Origin: the human T2T-CHM13v2.0 reference genome, Homo sapiens
Length of the DNA stretch: 64,000 nucleotides
Direction: 5' to 3' (one strand)
Assembly: GCF_009914755.1 (NCBI RefSeq)
Contig: NC_060947.1
The notes under the pieces were generated by a model that did no database searches, was not told the origin of the DNA, and saw only the letters and a program-made list of their open reading frames with translations. Positions 1-20,908 of this stretch are shown piece by piece. Within the stretch, counting starts at the first letter, position 1. The number at the start of each line of letters is the position of its first letter. The position numbers and the translations under genes are program-made.

Positions 1-1324
1 GCCTGTCTCTCTCAAGATTTTATAATACAATAGTTGCTTGTCCCATGACTTCAGTCTTCTGATGGTTTCTAATGGGTTATTAATTTCCAACTTATCCAGT
101 TTTTTCTTGTTGTAAGAATGGCAGTAATGTCTTTTCAGCTTTATATGACTCCAAGCTGAAACTGGAAGTCCTATAAAATTTTTTTGAAATTTATTACTGC
201 CCCACAAATCCCTTTTATCCCCCCATGCCTCAAGTCATCTCAATACTCCTTAGGTGCTAAACCTTTGAAACCTTGGATATCTTCCATGCAGTAGCACTAA
301 CTCCTACACTGAAAGCCGCTGTTACTTTGGGAGCTCACCCCTAGCACCACACCTTCTGAAGCTGTGGTTTTGCACATACTTAGGAACATTGACACCACAC
401 TTGGCCAACAGTCAGTATGGTACAGATAGTCTGTGTTTGGTCTCCATAAGTGGTGTTTGTGGGCAGGGAACATGGTAGAGTTTATGGGAGCTCCCCCATG
501 GGGGCTGCCTTCTTGGAAAAGTATCCATTACATACAGAGAAGGAAGCTGCCTTGCTTGTTTTAACAAAGGGTTCAGGGATTAGAGGTGTTGGCCTTCTCT
601 AGGCAGGATTCCTGGAGTAGGAGTGTTTAGATTTGAGCTATAGGGATCTGTGGTATTTATAGAAGCTTAAGTGTCCCCTCAGTTTATGGCATGGGGCAAG
701 GCAGATAAATGATCTCCTAAGAGATACAACTGTGGGACAAAGGTAAAAATTCGGGATAGAGCCATCCTCTTCTGAATGATATCACTGGAGAGAATGGGGA
801 AGTCAGAGAGGTACTGTAAACTACTGGGAAATACCACTGGAGAAGATGGGGGAGATGTCAGGGTGATATATATCCCTCTGGGTAAATAATCCTTGTGGTT
901 ATGAGTGAGTTCAGGGTAATACAGTCCCCATGTGGGTGTTACCACTGGGGGAGAGAGGGGAGAAGTCAAGATGGTAAAGTTCCACCCCTGAGTGCTACCA
1001 CAGGGAGATGGAAGGAGAAATCAAGGTGAAGGAGAAGCAAACGACCTCTGAGAATCTTAGGGACATGTCCACTATTCATCAAGCATTGACTGATTGCATG
1101 CATTGTTCTAAATGCTTTACATCTATTAACTAATTTATTTCTCTGAGATATCTGTACTTTAAGGCACAGCTAATCTGGGCTAGAAAGGAATATGCCCAAG
1201 TTTTTTTCTAATACTTGTATATTATTTCATTTTTACATTTAAATCTCTGATCCATATGGAGTTTGTTCTCGTGTATGGTGTGAGATGTGTATCCAATTTA
1301 ATCTGTTTCTAAATGGCCATGTCT

Positions 1325-1765
1325 AGTGGGTTGCTGTCTCCCTAAAAGATGTGTCCCCAGAACCTGGGAAAAGGATCTTTGCAAATATAATGAACTTAAG
1401 GATCTTGAGATGAGATCATCCTGGCTTAAGCCAGTGGGCCCTAAATCCAATAACAAGTGTTCTTATAACAGACAGAAGAGGAAAAAGAAACAGAGAGGGT
1501 GATGTAAAGACAGAGGCAGAGATTGGAGTGCTGCGTCTACAAATCAAGGAATGGCAAAGATCACTGGAGCTACCAGAAGCTAGGAGAGGCATGTAATAGG
1601 AGAGAGGCATAGAATAGATTCTCCCCCAGAGCCTCTAAAAGGAATCAGCTCTGATGACATCTTGATTTTTTGCTTCTAGCCTCCAGAGCTGTGAGAAAAT
1701 AAATTTCTGTTGTTTTAAGCCACCCAGTTTGTGGTAATTTGTTACTGCAATCCTAGGAAACAACA
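1325..1765 (+). mobile_element. MaLR LTR (MLT1-type)
   Basis: Typical MLT1 motifs: 'gggccctaaatccaat..gtgttcttataa', 'gagaaaataaatttctgttgttttaagccacccagtttgtggtaatttgttac'. Confidence 0.75.
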
Positions 1766-2859
1766 TCATTTATGTGAAAGTTCATCTTTGCCTCTTATGA
1801 TTTGAGATGCCATTTCAATCATATACAAAAATTTATTCTGTATTTGGATCTATTTCTGGACCTTTTACTCTATTTCACTGGCTTGTGTACTCATGTGACA
1901 TTACCACATAGTTTTAATTATAGAGGCTTTATAGTATGTTTTAATACCTGGTGGGGTTAATCACCATCATTACATTTTTTGGGGGGTGGCTTATAGTTAT
2001 TCCTTCATGTTTATTTTCCCTTATAAATCTTAGGCAATTTGGTTTCTGAGTTGATGCATTTAACTACTATGCTATGCTAACTTTCTAGGATATTTATTAG
2101 AAAAAAGTCAGGGAAAGGGGTGAGTGACCATTCATTGAGTTCTGGGAGATTGAATGATTGGTCCCAATTTTTCCCTCCTCCCTGTGTCCATACCCTTTCC
2201 CCCTTGGCTTTGTGCTTGCCCATGTGATTTGCTTTGCTTAATGGCATATGGGTAGAAGTAATATGTCATTTCTGAGGCTAGGCCTTACAAGGCTTTGCCT
2301 GTACTGGCTTGCCTTCTTGCCCCTTTGCACCACTATAAGAGGATACATAGGTAATTGCTGCCTCCCAGTCTCAGCTCCAGAATGGAAGACATGTAGAGCA
2401 TAGTTGCCTCAGCTGCAGTGCCAACAGTGGGGTGCAACTTAGATTAGACAAACCTCAGTCAGTTCTCTAAATACTGGAGAATAAATTTGGCACTTACCCA
2501 ACAGATAAATAATTGCAGGGAATGGAAAAATTCTACCATGTTGGAGTTTTCTGTCACTATTTAAAAAGTATTATTGAGTGAAAAAATCAAGTTGCAGAGA
2601 ATTGAGCATAATATAATCTCACTTTTGTAAAACATCCAAAAAGAATGTATGTATGTAATATAGGAGAAGTGTATGTGTGTGCACGTGTGTGTATTACAAA
2701 CATGAAAATAAGAGTGAAATGGTTCATACATGACGGTTTGCACTGGTGATCTGTAGGGAGGATTGCAGGTATTAGTGAAGGTAGAATAAAAGGATGAGGA
2801 AGTTGAGCAAATAAAAAGAAGATTAAAAGTACTACATATTAAAATCTAATAAGAATGAT

Positions 2860-3665
<806 letters not shown>

Positions 3666-4189
3666 TAATAGCATTGTGTTTAGGCATTCACATGAATGTC
3701 TACAGAAAGAAGAGAAAAAGTATTGTGAAATAAAAGCTAGTATGATAGGATTATATTTACACATTTACATAAAAACAGAACCTATATATATAAAGGAATC
3801 AAAATCATGGTTTTATTGTGGAATCTCTTGCTAGAAATACACACTAGGGAACATATTTGACAGGTACAATTATATCATATTACAAAAATATTTAAAACAC
3901 ATACTATACCTTCTGTTGTGCAGTGTATTATGAAACATATTCTCTTGAATTCAGGGTATGTCCATATCAGACATACTAGTTGGTTGTCCTACAACTTCGT
4001 TTGTTGACACTATAAAATACTTAAAATTTCACAGAAAACAGGAAAAGCATTTACATAATTTTCCATATTCCTTTTTTATAAGGAGTTTGGAATCAATTTA
4101 TGTTATAGCGCTTTTTGTGGGAAGTCTTTTCCTAAAGGATTAAACTTGAACAATTTCTCCTCAGTTGGGTTCTATGAATTCTATGATAC

Positions 4190-4660
4190 CATCTCAGGTC
4201 AGGTTCCCTTCTATACACAGAGGCTAAGAAAGGCATCTGGAAGCATATGATTTATGTGTTCTTCATGGTGGAACCTGTAAGGGAATAAGAGAAGGATAGG
4301 GAAAGAGGAGTCATCACAAGGACGTGGTTTCATGTAGAGTCAAGCCTTGGCCCCATGCAGGGCAGAGGAGTGTGGAGACGGGGAGGAGCCTCTGGATTGT
4401 AAATTTCACTGCAAAGTTGTTCTGCCTTGAGGGAGGAACTTGGGCTCTTGTATCCTTTTATAAATCACTCACTGGCTACTCCCTAGGAGGGTAGTATAAC
4501 CATCTCCAGGCATGTTGGCACTACGGAAAACCAAAGGCAATGCTCTGGAAAAAGTTACAGGTATAAGCTGTTTGCTACAGCACTTGCAGCAGTTAGAAAA
4601 TGGATGCCCTGGCCAGTCAAGGGGATCAGGGTGAGGCACCAACAGTGTATACTCCACATA
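4190..4660. mobile_element. Old MaLR LTR (MLT1-like)
   Basis: Ends 'ggggatcagggtgaggcaccaacagtgtatactccaca', which resembles an MLT1 terminus. Confidence 0.45.
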
Positions 4661-5041
4661 GTGAGGACGTGCAAATATGGAAAGATGCTGCTCTGATGCA
4701 TTCTTAGGGCTTCTCCTCTTAACTTGGCTCATGAATATATTCACATGGTTTTTCTGCTGCAGGCATTCTACAGCATACACTTAGATCCAACTTCTCTGAG
4801 AAGGCTTTCTCATATTCAAGAAACATGCAGATTTTCTTTTAGGTAGGAATACTTGGATGCATATTGAAAGCTAATCTCTGGGTGCAGCCTTTCCCACAGT
4901 CACTGCATTTATAAGGTTTAGCTGGAGAAAGAGTAATCTGGTGCTTATTCAAACTTGACTTGTTGGTGAAGGCCTTGTCACACTCGGTATATACATAGGG
5001 CTTTTCTCCTGTGTGAATTTGCTGCTGCTGCTGAAGCTAGT

Positions 5042-5042
<1 letters not shown>

Positions 5043-5080
<38 letters not shown>
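5043..5080. repeat. (GT)n microsatellite inside a zinc finger
   Basis: About 19 perfect GT units next to 'gaaggctttcccacagtcac' (CGKAF on the minus strand). Confidence 0.95.
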
Positions 5081-5083
<3 letters not shown>

Positions 5084-5203
5084 GGCTTTCCCACAGTCAC
5101 TCTACTCATAAGGCTTCTCTCCAGTGTAAATTCTCTTTGATATGTAATCAAAACTGACTTGCATGTGAAGGCCTTCTCACACTCAGGACATACATATATG
5201 GGA

Positions 5204-5629
5204 TGTATTAGTCCATTCTCGCGCTGCTATAAAGAAACACATGAGACTGGGTAATTTATAAAGAAAAGAGGTTTAATTGGCTCACAGTTCTGCAGTCTGT
5301 AGAGGAAGCATAATTCTGGCATCAACTCAGCTTCTAAAGAGGCCTCAGGAAACTTTCAATCATGATGGAAGGTGAAGGGGAAGCAGGCATGTCTTACATG
5401 GCCGGAGCAGGAGGAAGAAAGAACAAGTGGGGAGGAGCTACACACTTTTAAATAACCAGATCTCATGAGAACTCGCTCACTAGACAGTACCCAGCAGGGA
5501 TGGTGCTAAACTATTCATGAGAACTCTGCCCCCAATGATCCAATCACCTCCTACCAGGCCCCTCCTCTAACAGTGGGGATTACAATTCAACATGATATGT
5601 GGGTGGGGACACAGATCCAAACCAGATCA
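5204..5629 (-). mobile_element. MSTA-like MaLR solo LTR inserted into the ZNF exon
   Basis: tgtattagtcc...aaaccagatca termini; 5-bp TSD tggga (5199-5203 / 5630-5634). Confidence 0.9.
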
Positions 5630-5863
5630 TGGGATTTTGCTCCAATATGAGTTTTCTGACGTGCAAGGAGATGTGGTTTTTTGAAGGCCTTCCCACATTT
5701 AGTGCATGCATAGGGTCTCTCTCCTGCATGACTTTGTTGATTCTCATGGAGCTGTGACTTGAAAGAATTCCCACAATCACTGCATTCATTGAGTTTTTCC
5801 CTAACATGAACTTTTTAATGTGTGATTAAGTTTGACTTATGGTTGAAGGCTTTTTCATGTTCA

Positions 5864-5983
<120 letters not shown>

Positions 5984-7119
5984 TCAAGACCAATTTGTAA
6001 GTAAAGGTCTTTCCACATTCAGTACAGACATAAGCTCTCTACAGTATGAGTCTTCTGGTGTGCAAGGAGATTGGATCTTTTGGAGAAGACCTTCACACAT
6101 TTTGTGCCTGTATAGGGTTTTTCTCCTGTGTGGGTTTTCCCATGCTCATTCACTTGGGATTTGGAATGAAAGGTTTTCCCACAGTAACAGCATTCAAAAG
6201 GCTTCTCTCCACTATATATTCTCTGATGTGCAATCAAGTGTGTCTTTTGGATGAAGGCCTGCCCACATTCAGTGCATATATAGGGTTTCTCTTCGGTGTG
6301 AATTCTCTGTTGCAAACTGAATATTGACTACTGGGTGAAAGCGTTCTCATTTTCTCTGCATTCGTTGGGCTTTTCCCCAGAATGAAAAGTCTGATGTGTG
6401 AAGATGTGTGACTTCTGAGGGAAGACTTTTTCACATTCATTGCCTACATAGGCTATCCTCCCAGTGAGAAATTTTGGATGAAGAATGGACACATTCTTCA
6501 TCCAAATTTGTCACTGAGGACTTTTCTACATTGATTAGGTTCACAAAATTTCTCACCTGTATGAGAATTAACATAGTATAAGAAGCTGTAAGTAAAATTT
6601 GACTATAATTAATAATCTCAAGGTTTTTCTTGCATTGCTTCTATTGGGACTTATAAGTTTTAATTATGTTTCAAATCCTTTCCAAATGAATCATATTTAA
6701 GGGATGGCTTCTGTGAACTAATTAGATATGGGCTCATGTGAATTGTTTTTCCAATGTACTTATATTCATAATCTTTTTCATTATTCAATATGTTACTGTT
6801 GATGAAAGCAAATGACTCAAAGGTCTATTTTGGTTTTCCTTACATCTCTATCTGTTCATCATCTTGCCACAGTTTTCATTAAAAATGGAAACAATGAATT
6901 GTCCCTCTTGAATTCACCTACTCTCTTATTGTGAAATAAAGCTTTTAACAGAAATTTACTATTAAAGAATTTCAATCCCACACTTCCCTCCTAAAAGGAG
7001 AAAAAGAAGGTGAAATTGAAACATAGAACAGTTAGCTTAGTATAGAGAAGCCGTATGCAACTTATCCAGACTGAACACAGAGAAATCACATGATGATGAT
7101 GATAATGATGATTCTTATT

Positions 7120-7370
7120 ATATGCTGTACACTTAAACAGCACTTACAACATGCCAGGTACTTTTCTAAGTAATATAAAAGTATTAATACATAATACATA
7201 TATTTAAACTCATTTAACTTTCATAGCAACCCTCTGAGGTAGATATTATTATACATGCTTTCAGAAGAAACAGCTAAAGCTCAGAATGGGTAAATACTTT
7301 GCCCAAGATGACATGGGTCCTGTGTCAAGTAGACTGGATTTAAACCAAGCCAGCCTGTCTCCATTTACAT
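7120..7370 (-). mobile_element. MIR SINE
   Basis: Core-like 'aaacagctaaagctcagaatgggtaaatactttgcccaagatgaca'. Confidence 0.65.
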
Positions 7371-7531
7371 AGGCTATCTAGTACCCAGTTAGTTCTTATA
7401 GCAGCTCAGTTTTACCCTAAGTAATAAATAAATCAACTTACCAAGAAGAGGAAATCACTAATATTTCAATTATTTTTACAGAAGATGAACTATAGCAGGT
7501 TTTCAATATTTATAAAATGCATAAATTGCAC

Positions 7532-8068
7532 CAGCAGTCCCCAACCTTTTTGGCACCAGGGACTAGTTTTGTGGAAGACAATTTTTCCATGGACCAGGGA
7601 GGGGGGATGGTTTCGGGATGATTCCAGTGCATTAGATTCACTGTGCACTTTATTTCTATTCTATTATTATTACACTGTCATATATAATGAAATAATTATA
7701 AAATTCACCATAATGCAGTGGGAGCCCTGAGCTTGTTTTCCTGAAACTAGATGGTTCCATCTGGGGGTGATGGGAGACAGTGACAGATCATCAGGCATTA
7801 GATTCTCATAAGGAGTGCACAACCTAGATCCCTCGCATTCTCAGTTCACAATAGAGTTTGCACTCCTATGAGAATCTAATACCCCCACTGATCTGACAGG
7901 ACGGGGAGCTCAGGTGGTAATGTGAGTGATAGGGAGCAGCTGTAAATACAAATGAAGCTTCGCTTTCCGGCCCCACTGCTCACCTCCTGTTGTGCCGCCT
8001 GGTTCCTCACAGGCCACGGACTATCTTCCACTGGTACAAGTCTGTGATCTGGAGGTTGGAGACCCCTG
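7532..8068. mobile_element. MER1A hAT-Charlie DNA transposon
   Basis: TIRs 'cagcagtccccaacc' and 'ggttggagacccctg'; ~535 bp. Confidence 0.85.
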
Positions 8069-9719
8069 AATTACACCATTATTCTATTCTACCAAGTTTG
8101 AAGATACTGAGCATGATCTGATCATAAAATCCCATTTGTTTTCCTCTTGTAGCCCAGGCTAAAATACTGGCATCCAGCACCTTGTCCCCAAAACTCCACT
8201 ATACTTTCACTCTTATGCTATACTCTTATATCCATAAATCTCCTTTCATTTATTCTTAAGCATGTCAATTCATAGGCACAGATGAGGAACTTTTTTGAAC
8301 TTTGTACTTCATTTAGCATACACACACAAACACACATACATGCACACACACACACATATACACACACACACAAAAACACATGCACACAAACACAAACCTT
8401 TTACTGGAGCCAAAAATATTTAGTTACAGCTCCTACTCTTCAATGTAAAAAGTTCATGCCTGTGCTGAAAATGTTATCTTTAACACTCTTGAGCCCACCA
8501 ACTTCATAGGCCACACATACAGTCATTGGTCTGAAAAAATAGATAGTATATGTGAGTTTGCATTCCATTAGTAAGTAATATTTACTCAAAACTCCAGTGT
8601 ATTCCTAAATCCAATCATTATTCACATATTCTTCCCTCATTAAGCTTGCCTTTTCTGCCTTGTGACGATTCAAAATGTATATGTGATTCACAGATCAGTT
8701 AAGAGTCCTATGCTCTGAAAATTAATCTCATGATCTAACTACATTTCTAGGGAGACATGATTTTCTCTGAATTTTAAGAGCAGACACTATCTATGTTACC
8801 CAGTTTTATGCTTTTTAAATAATAGTTGTCCACATTGCTGGAATGATTAATGAATAAAGCCTGAATTCTTTTTGTTTTCAAGCCATGTTTTCCCTTCCCA
8901 CTAACAATCTGTTTCTTTGAACACTTTTCAACACACTGAAAACAATCCCACTGAAACAAAACACCCTGGTTTACCTATCTCCACAAAACCAAAAATTTTA
9001 GTACTTGAACTGGTTTATCCCTTTTTCCACTAAAAAATTAAGAATAAAATATTGCTATCACTTTTATTCTTAAGGATTTAGAAAAGCTCTAGGAGGGAAA
9101 TCATCATCTGTCATACAGTTTGAAAATATATAATTTGCATATAAATATTTCTGGAAGGAAACCGTTAATATTGGTAGTCCCTGGGGAGGGATATGGGAGG
9201 AAAGAGATGGGAGTGAGATTTTTCACTGTGTACTCTTTCATATTTTTGAATTTCAAACCTTGTAAATATATTATCTCTCCCAAAAATTTAAATTAAAAAC
9301 TAAAATAAAGGGGAAAAGTTATTAGTTTTGAAATTCTGAGGGATGGAAGGTGAAGAAAGGGAAAGATATTCAATGCTAGAGTAATTAAACACTAAATTTA
9401 ATAGAACTACTGAAACCTGTATCTGGAGAGAAACAGCCTTAAATAATCAACAGCCAAGATGCAGAGAGGAATTTCATATGTAGGAAACATTAAGGAAAAT
9501 GAGAAAAATGGAATAGAACATGAGTTATAGAATATATATAATGTTCAACTAGAAATTTGTGGACTGTTGTCACTGAGAAGAGTTTAATGATCATTTGCTA
9601 CATAATAGGGAGTAACTTCCATTTCATTTCATAAAGTGAGCATAAAATAGATGTCATGTTTTAGATAATAAAATCTGTCAGTAGTACTTAAAATAAACAT
9701 ATTAAAAAAAAAAAAACAA

Positions 9720-11577
9720 GGGGCTGGGGAGCCAAGATGGCTGAATAGGAACAGCTCCGGTCTACAGCTCCCAGCGTGAGCGACACAGAAGACAGGTGAT
9801 TTCTGCATTTCCGTCTGAGGTACCGGGTTCATCTCACTAGGGAGTGCCAGACAGTGGGCACAGGACAGTGGGTGCAGCACACCATGCATGAGCCGAAGCA
9901 GGGCGAGGCATTGCCTCACTCGGGAAGCGCAAGGGGTCAGGGAGTTCCCTTTCCTAGTCAAAGAAAGAGGTGACAGACGGCACCTGGAAAATCGGGTCAC
10001 TCCCACCCTAATACTGTGCTTTTCCGACGGGCTTAAAAAACGGCACACCAGGAGATTATATCCCGCACATGGCTCGGAGGGTCCTAGGCCCACAGAGTCT
10101 CGCTGATTGCTAGCACAGCAGTCTGAGATCAAACTGCAAGGCGGCAGCGAGGCTGGGGGAGGGATGCCCGCCATTGCCCAGGCTTGCTTAGGTAAACAAA
10201 GCAGCTGGGAAGCTCGAACTGGGTGGAGCCCACCACAGCTCAAGGAGGCCTGCCTGCCTCTGTAGGCTCCACCTCTGGGGGCAGGGCACAGACAAACAAA
10301 AAGACAGCAGTAACCTCTGCAGACTTAAATGTCCCTGTCTGACAGCTTTGAAGAGAGCAGTGGTTCTTCCAGCATGCAGCTAGAGATCTGAGAACGGGCA
10401 GACTGCCTCCTCAAGTGGGTCCCTGATCCCTGATCCCTGACCCCCGAGCAGCCTAACTGGGAGGCACCCCCCAGTAGGGGCAGACTGACACCTCACACGG
10501 CCCGGTACTCCTCTGAGTCAAAACTTCCAGAGGAACGATCAGACAGCAGCATTCACGGTTCATGAAAATCTGCTGTTCTGCAGACACCACTGCTGGTACC
10601 CAGGCAAACAGGGTCTGGAGTGGACCTCTAGCAAACTCCAACAGACCTGCAGCTGAGGGTCCTGTCTGTTAGAAGGAAAACTAACAAACAGAAAGGACAT
10701 CCACACCAAAAACCCATCTGTACATCACCATCATCAAAGACCAAAAGTAGATAAAACCACAAAGATGGGGAAAAAACAGAGCAGAAAAACTGGAAACTCT
10801 AAAAAGCAGAGTGCCTCTCCTCCTCCAAAGGAACGCAGTTCCTCACCAGCAACGGAACAAAGCTGGACGGAGAATGACTTTGACGAGTTGAGAGAAGAAG
10901 GCTTCAGATAATCAAACTACTCCGAGCTACAGGAGGAAATTCAAACCAAAGGCAAAGAAGTTGAAAACTTTGAAAAAAATCTAGACGAATGTATAACTAG
11001 AATAACCAATACAGAGAAGTGCTTAAAGGAGCTGATGGAGCTGAAAACCAAGGCTCGAGAACTACGTGAAGAATGCAGAAGCCTCAGGAGCCGATGCGAT
11101 CAACTGGAAGAAAGGGTATCAGTGATGGAAGATGAAATGAATGAAATGAAGCGAGAAGGGAAGTTTAGAGAAAAAAGAATAAAAAGAAATGAACAAAGCC
11201 TCCAAGAAATATGGGACTATGTGAAAAGACCAAATCTATGTCTGATTGGTGTACCTGAAAGTGACAGGGAGAATGGAACCAAGTTGGAAAACACTCTGCG
11301 GGATATTATCCAGGAGAACTTCCCCAATCTAGCAAGGCAGGTCAATGTTCAGATTCAGGAAATACAGAGAACACCACAAAGATACTCCTCGAGAAGAGCA
11401 ACTCCAAGACACATAATTGTCAGATTCACCAAAGTTGAAATGAAGGAAAAAATGTTAAGGGCAGCCAGAGAGAAAGGTCGAGTTACCCACAAAGGGAAGC
11501 CCATCAGACTAACAGCAGATCTCTCAGCAGAAACTCTACAAGCCAGAAGACAGTGGGGGCCAATATTCAACATTCTT
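9720..11577 (+). mobile_element. Host L1 (L1PA3/L1PA4-like), 5' part: long 5'UTR plus disrupted ORF1
   Basis: 'gggagccaagatggctgaatagg' 5' end; ~1045-bp 5'UTR; ORF1 ATG at 10765 with a premature TAA near 10908; cut at 11577 by a second L1. Confidence 0.95.
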
Positions 11578-11792
11578 TTTTTTTTTTATTATACTTTAAG
11601 TTTTAGGGTACATGTGCACATTGTGCAGGTTAGTTATATATGTATACATGTGCCATGCTGGTGCGCTGCACCCACTAACTCGTCATCTAGCCTTAGGTAT
11701 ATCTCCCAATGCTATCCCTCCCCACTCCCCCCACCCCACCACAGTCCCCAGAGTGTGATATTCCCCTTCATGTGTCCATGTGATCTCATTGT

Positions 11793-15644
<3,852 letters not shown>

Positions 15645-15680
15645 TTAGTTGATGCAGTATCTTCCTAGTCTCGATGGTCT

Positions 15681-16697
15681 TTACATTTTGGCATGATTTT
15701 GCCGCGGCTGGTACCGGTTGTTCCTTTCCATGTTTAGTGCTTCCTTCAGGAGCTCTTTTAGGGCAGGCCTGGTGGTGACAAAATCTCTCAGCATTTGCTT
15801 GTCTGTAAAGTATTTTATTTCTCCTTCACTTATGAAGCTTAGTTTGGCTGGATATGAAATTCTGGGTTGAAAATTCTTTTCTTTAAGAATGTTGAATATT
15901 GGCCCCCACTCTCTTCTGGCTTGTAGGGTTTCTGCCGAGAGATCCGCTTTTAGTCTGATGGGCTTCCCTTTGAGGGTAACCCGACCTTTCTCTCTGGCTG
16001 CCCTTAACATTTTTTCCTTCATTTCAACTTTGGTGAATGTGACAATTATGTGTCTTGGAGTTGCTCTTCTCGAGGAGTATCTTTGTGGTGTTCTCTGTAT
16101 TTCCTGAATCTGAACATTGGCCTGCCTTGCTAGATTGGGGAAGTTCTCCTGGATAATATCCTGCAGAGTGTTTTCCAACTTGGTTCCATTCTCCGCATCA
16201 CTTTCAGGTACACCAATCAGATGTAGATTTGGTCTTTTCACATAGTCCCATATTTCTTGGAGGCTTTGCTCATTTCTTTTTATTCTTTTTTCTCTAAACT
16301 TCCCTTCTCGCTTCATTTCATTCATTTCGTCTTCCATTGCTGATACCCTTTCTTCCAGTTGATCGCATTGGCTCTTGAGGCTTCTGCATTCTTCACGTAG
16401 TTCTCGAGCCTTGGTTTTCAGCTCCATCAGCTCCTTTAAGCACTTCTCTGTATTGGTTATTCTAGTTATACATTCTTCTAAATTTTTTTCAAAGTTTTCA
16501 ACTTCTTTGCGTTTGGTTTGAATGTCCTCCCGTAGCTCAGAGTAATTTGATCGTCTGAAGCCTTCTTCTCTCAGCTCATCAAAGTCATTCTCCATCCAGC
16601 TTTGTTCCGTTGCTGGTGAGGAACTGCGTTCCTTTGGAGGAGGAGAGGCACCCTGCGTTTTAGAGTTTCCAGTTTTTCTGTTCTGTTTTTTCCCCAT
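15681..16697 (-). CDS. LINE-1 ORF1p, uninterrupted 338 aa
   Basis: MGKKQNRK start; REKG, ARR and YPAKLS motifs intact. Confidence 0.95.
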   Translation of the reverse strand: MGKKQNRKTGNSKTQGASPPPKERSSSPATEQSWMENDFDELREEGFRRSNYSELREDIQTKRKEVENFEKNLEECITRITNTEKCLKELMELKTKARELREECRSLKSQCDQLEERVSAMEDEMNEMKREGKFREKRIKRNEQSLQEIWDYVKRPNLHLIGVPESDAENGTKLENTLQDIIQENFPNLARQANVQIQEIQRTPQRYSSRRATPRHIIVTFTKVEMKEKMLRAAREKGRVTLKGKPIRLKADLSAETLQARREWGPIFNILKEKNFQPRISYPAKLSFISEGEIKYFTDKQMLRDFVTTRPALKELLKEALNMERNNRYQPRQNHAKM

Positions 16698-17152
16698 CTT
16701 TGTGGTTTTATCTACTTTTGGTCTTTGATGATGGTGATGTACAGATGGGTTTTCGGTGTGGATGTCCTTTCTGTTTGTTAGTTTTCCTTCTAACAGACAG
16801 CACCCTCAGCTGCAGGTCTGTTGGAATACCCTGCCGTGTGAGGTGTCAGTGTGCCCCTGCTGGGGGGTGCCTCCCAGTTAGGCTGCTCGGGGGTCAGGGA
16901 TCAGGGACCCACTTGAGGAGGCAGTCTGCCTGTTCTCAGATCTCCAGCTGCATGCTGGGAGAACCACTGCTCTCTTCAAAGCTGTCAGACAGGGACATTT
17001 AAGTCTGCAGAGGTTACTGCTGTCTTTTTGTTTGTCTGTGCCCTGCCCCCAGAGGTGGAGCCTACAGAGGCAGGCAGGCCTCCTTGAGCTGTGGTGGGCT
17101 CCACCCAGTTCGAGCTTCCCAGCTGCTTTGTTTACCTAAGCAAGCCTGGGCA

Positions 17153-17368
17153 ATGGCGGGCGCCCCTCCCCCAGCCTCGCTGCCGCCTTGCAGTTTGATC
17201 TCAGACTGCTGTGCTAGCAATCAGCGAGATTCCATGGGCGTAGGACCCTCCGAGCCAGGTGTGGGATATAGTCTCGTGGTGCGCCGTTTTTTAAGCCGGT
17301 CTGAAAAGTGCAATATTCGGGTGGGAGTGACCCGATTTTCCAGGTGCGTCCGTCACCCCTTTCTTTGA
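17153..17368 (+). CDS. LINE-1 ORF0 (antisense 5'UTR ORF), 71 aa
   Basis: MAGAPPPASLPPCSLISDCCASNQRD...RCVRHPFL*; ATG at 17153. Confidence 0.8.
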   Translation: MAGAPPPASLPPCSLISDCCASNQRDSMGVGPSEPGVGYSLVVRRFLSRSEKCNIRVGVTRFSRCVRHPFL

Positions 17369-17600
17369 CTCAGAAAGGGAACTCCCTGACCCCTTGCGCT
17401 TCCCAGGTGAGGCAATGCCTCACCCTGCTTTGGCTCGCGCACGGTGCGCGCACCCACTGGCCTGCGCCCACTGTCTGGCACTCCCTAGTGAGATGAACCC
17501 GGTACCTCAGATGGAAATGCAGAAATCACCCGTCTTCTGCGTCGCTCACGCTGGGAGCTGTAGACCGGAGCTTTTCCTATTCGGCCATCTTGGCTCCTCC

Positions 17601-20214
<2,614 letters not shown>

Positions 20215-20737
20215 TGAAAATCCTAATGAAATAATGGACCTAGGCAATGATCATCAATGGATGCTAAACATTTAAGTGAAAGGCTGCAGGGAGCTTTATA
20301 ATCTATGGATCAGGTTCAACAACACCTGAACCCACTGATTAATCTTAGCACATAAAGAAAGATATTGAGGAATTATGCACCTCTCAGTGAGATGCAAGAA
20401 TATGTACGAAACACAACTTATGAATTATTCTATCAAAAAATTAAACCTGAATATGTTCAAGCCTCTGGAGCTAACAGCTTGCATTAAATATGAAGGATCA
20501 AGGAATATCTTCAGTGATATCACAAGGATGTCGTCAGCCAAATCCAGAATATGGGACATTCTACAGAACAAATGACCCAGTTTCTTTAACAAATAAATAG
20601 CAAGGGAAAATGTGAAGCTAATCTTTTATAGAGTAACATAAATTTAAGAACTATATCTCACAAATGCAACGTGTGGCCCTTGTTTGAATCCCAACTCATT
20701 TTTTTAAAAAGGCATTCATCAAATATGCCCAACTGAC

Positions 20738-20908
20738 TTTTTTTTTTTTTTTTTTTTTTGAGACAGGGTCTCATTCTGTCGCCCAGGCTGGATTGCAGTG
20801 CCATGATCACAGCCCACTGTAGCCTTGCCTTCCTGGGCTCAAATGATCCCCTCTTGCCTCAGTCTCCCAAAGTGGTGGGATTACAGGCATAAGCCACTGC
20901 ACCCAGCC
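20738..20908 (-). mobile_element. Alu monomer (FRAM/FLAM-like)
   Basis: T run followed by a single Alu arm, flanked by 'caactga' duplication. Confidence 0.75.
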
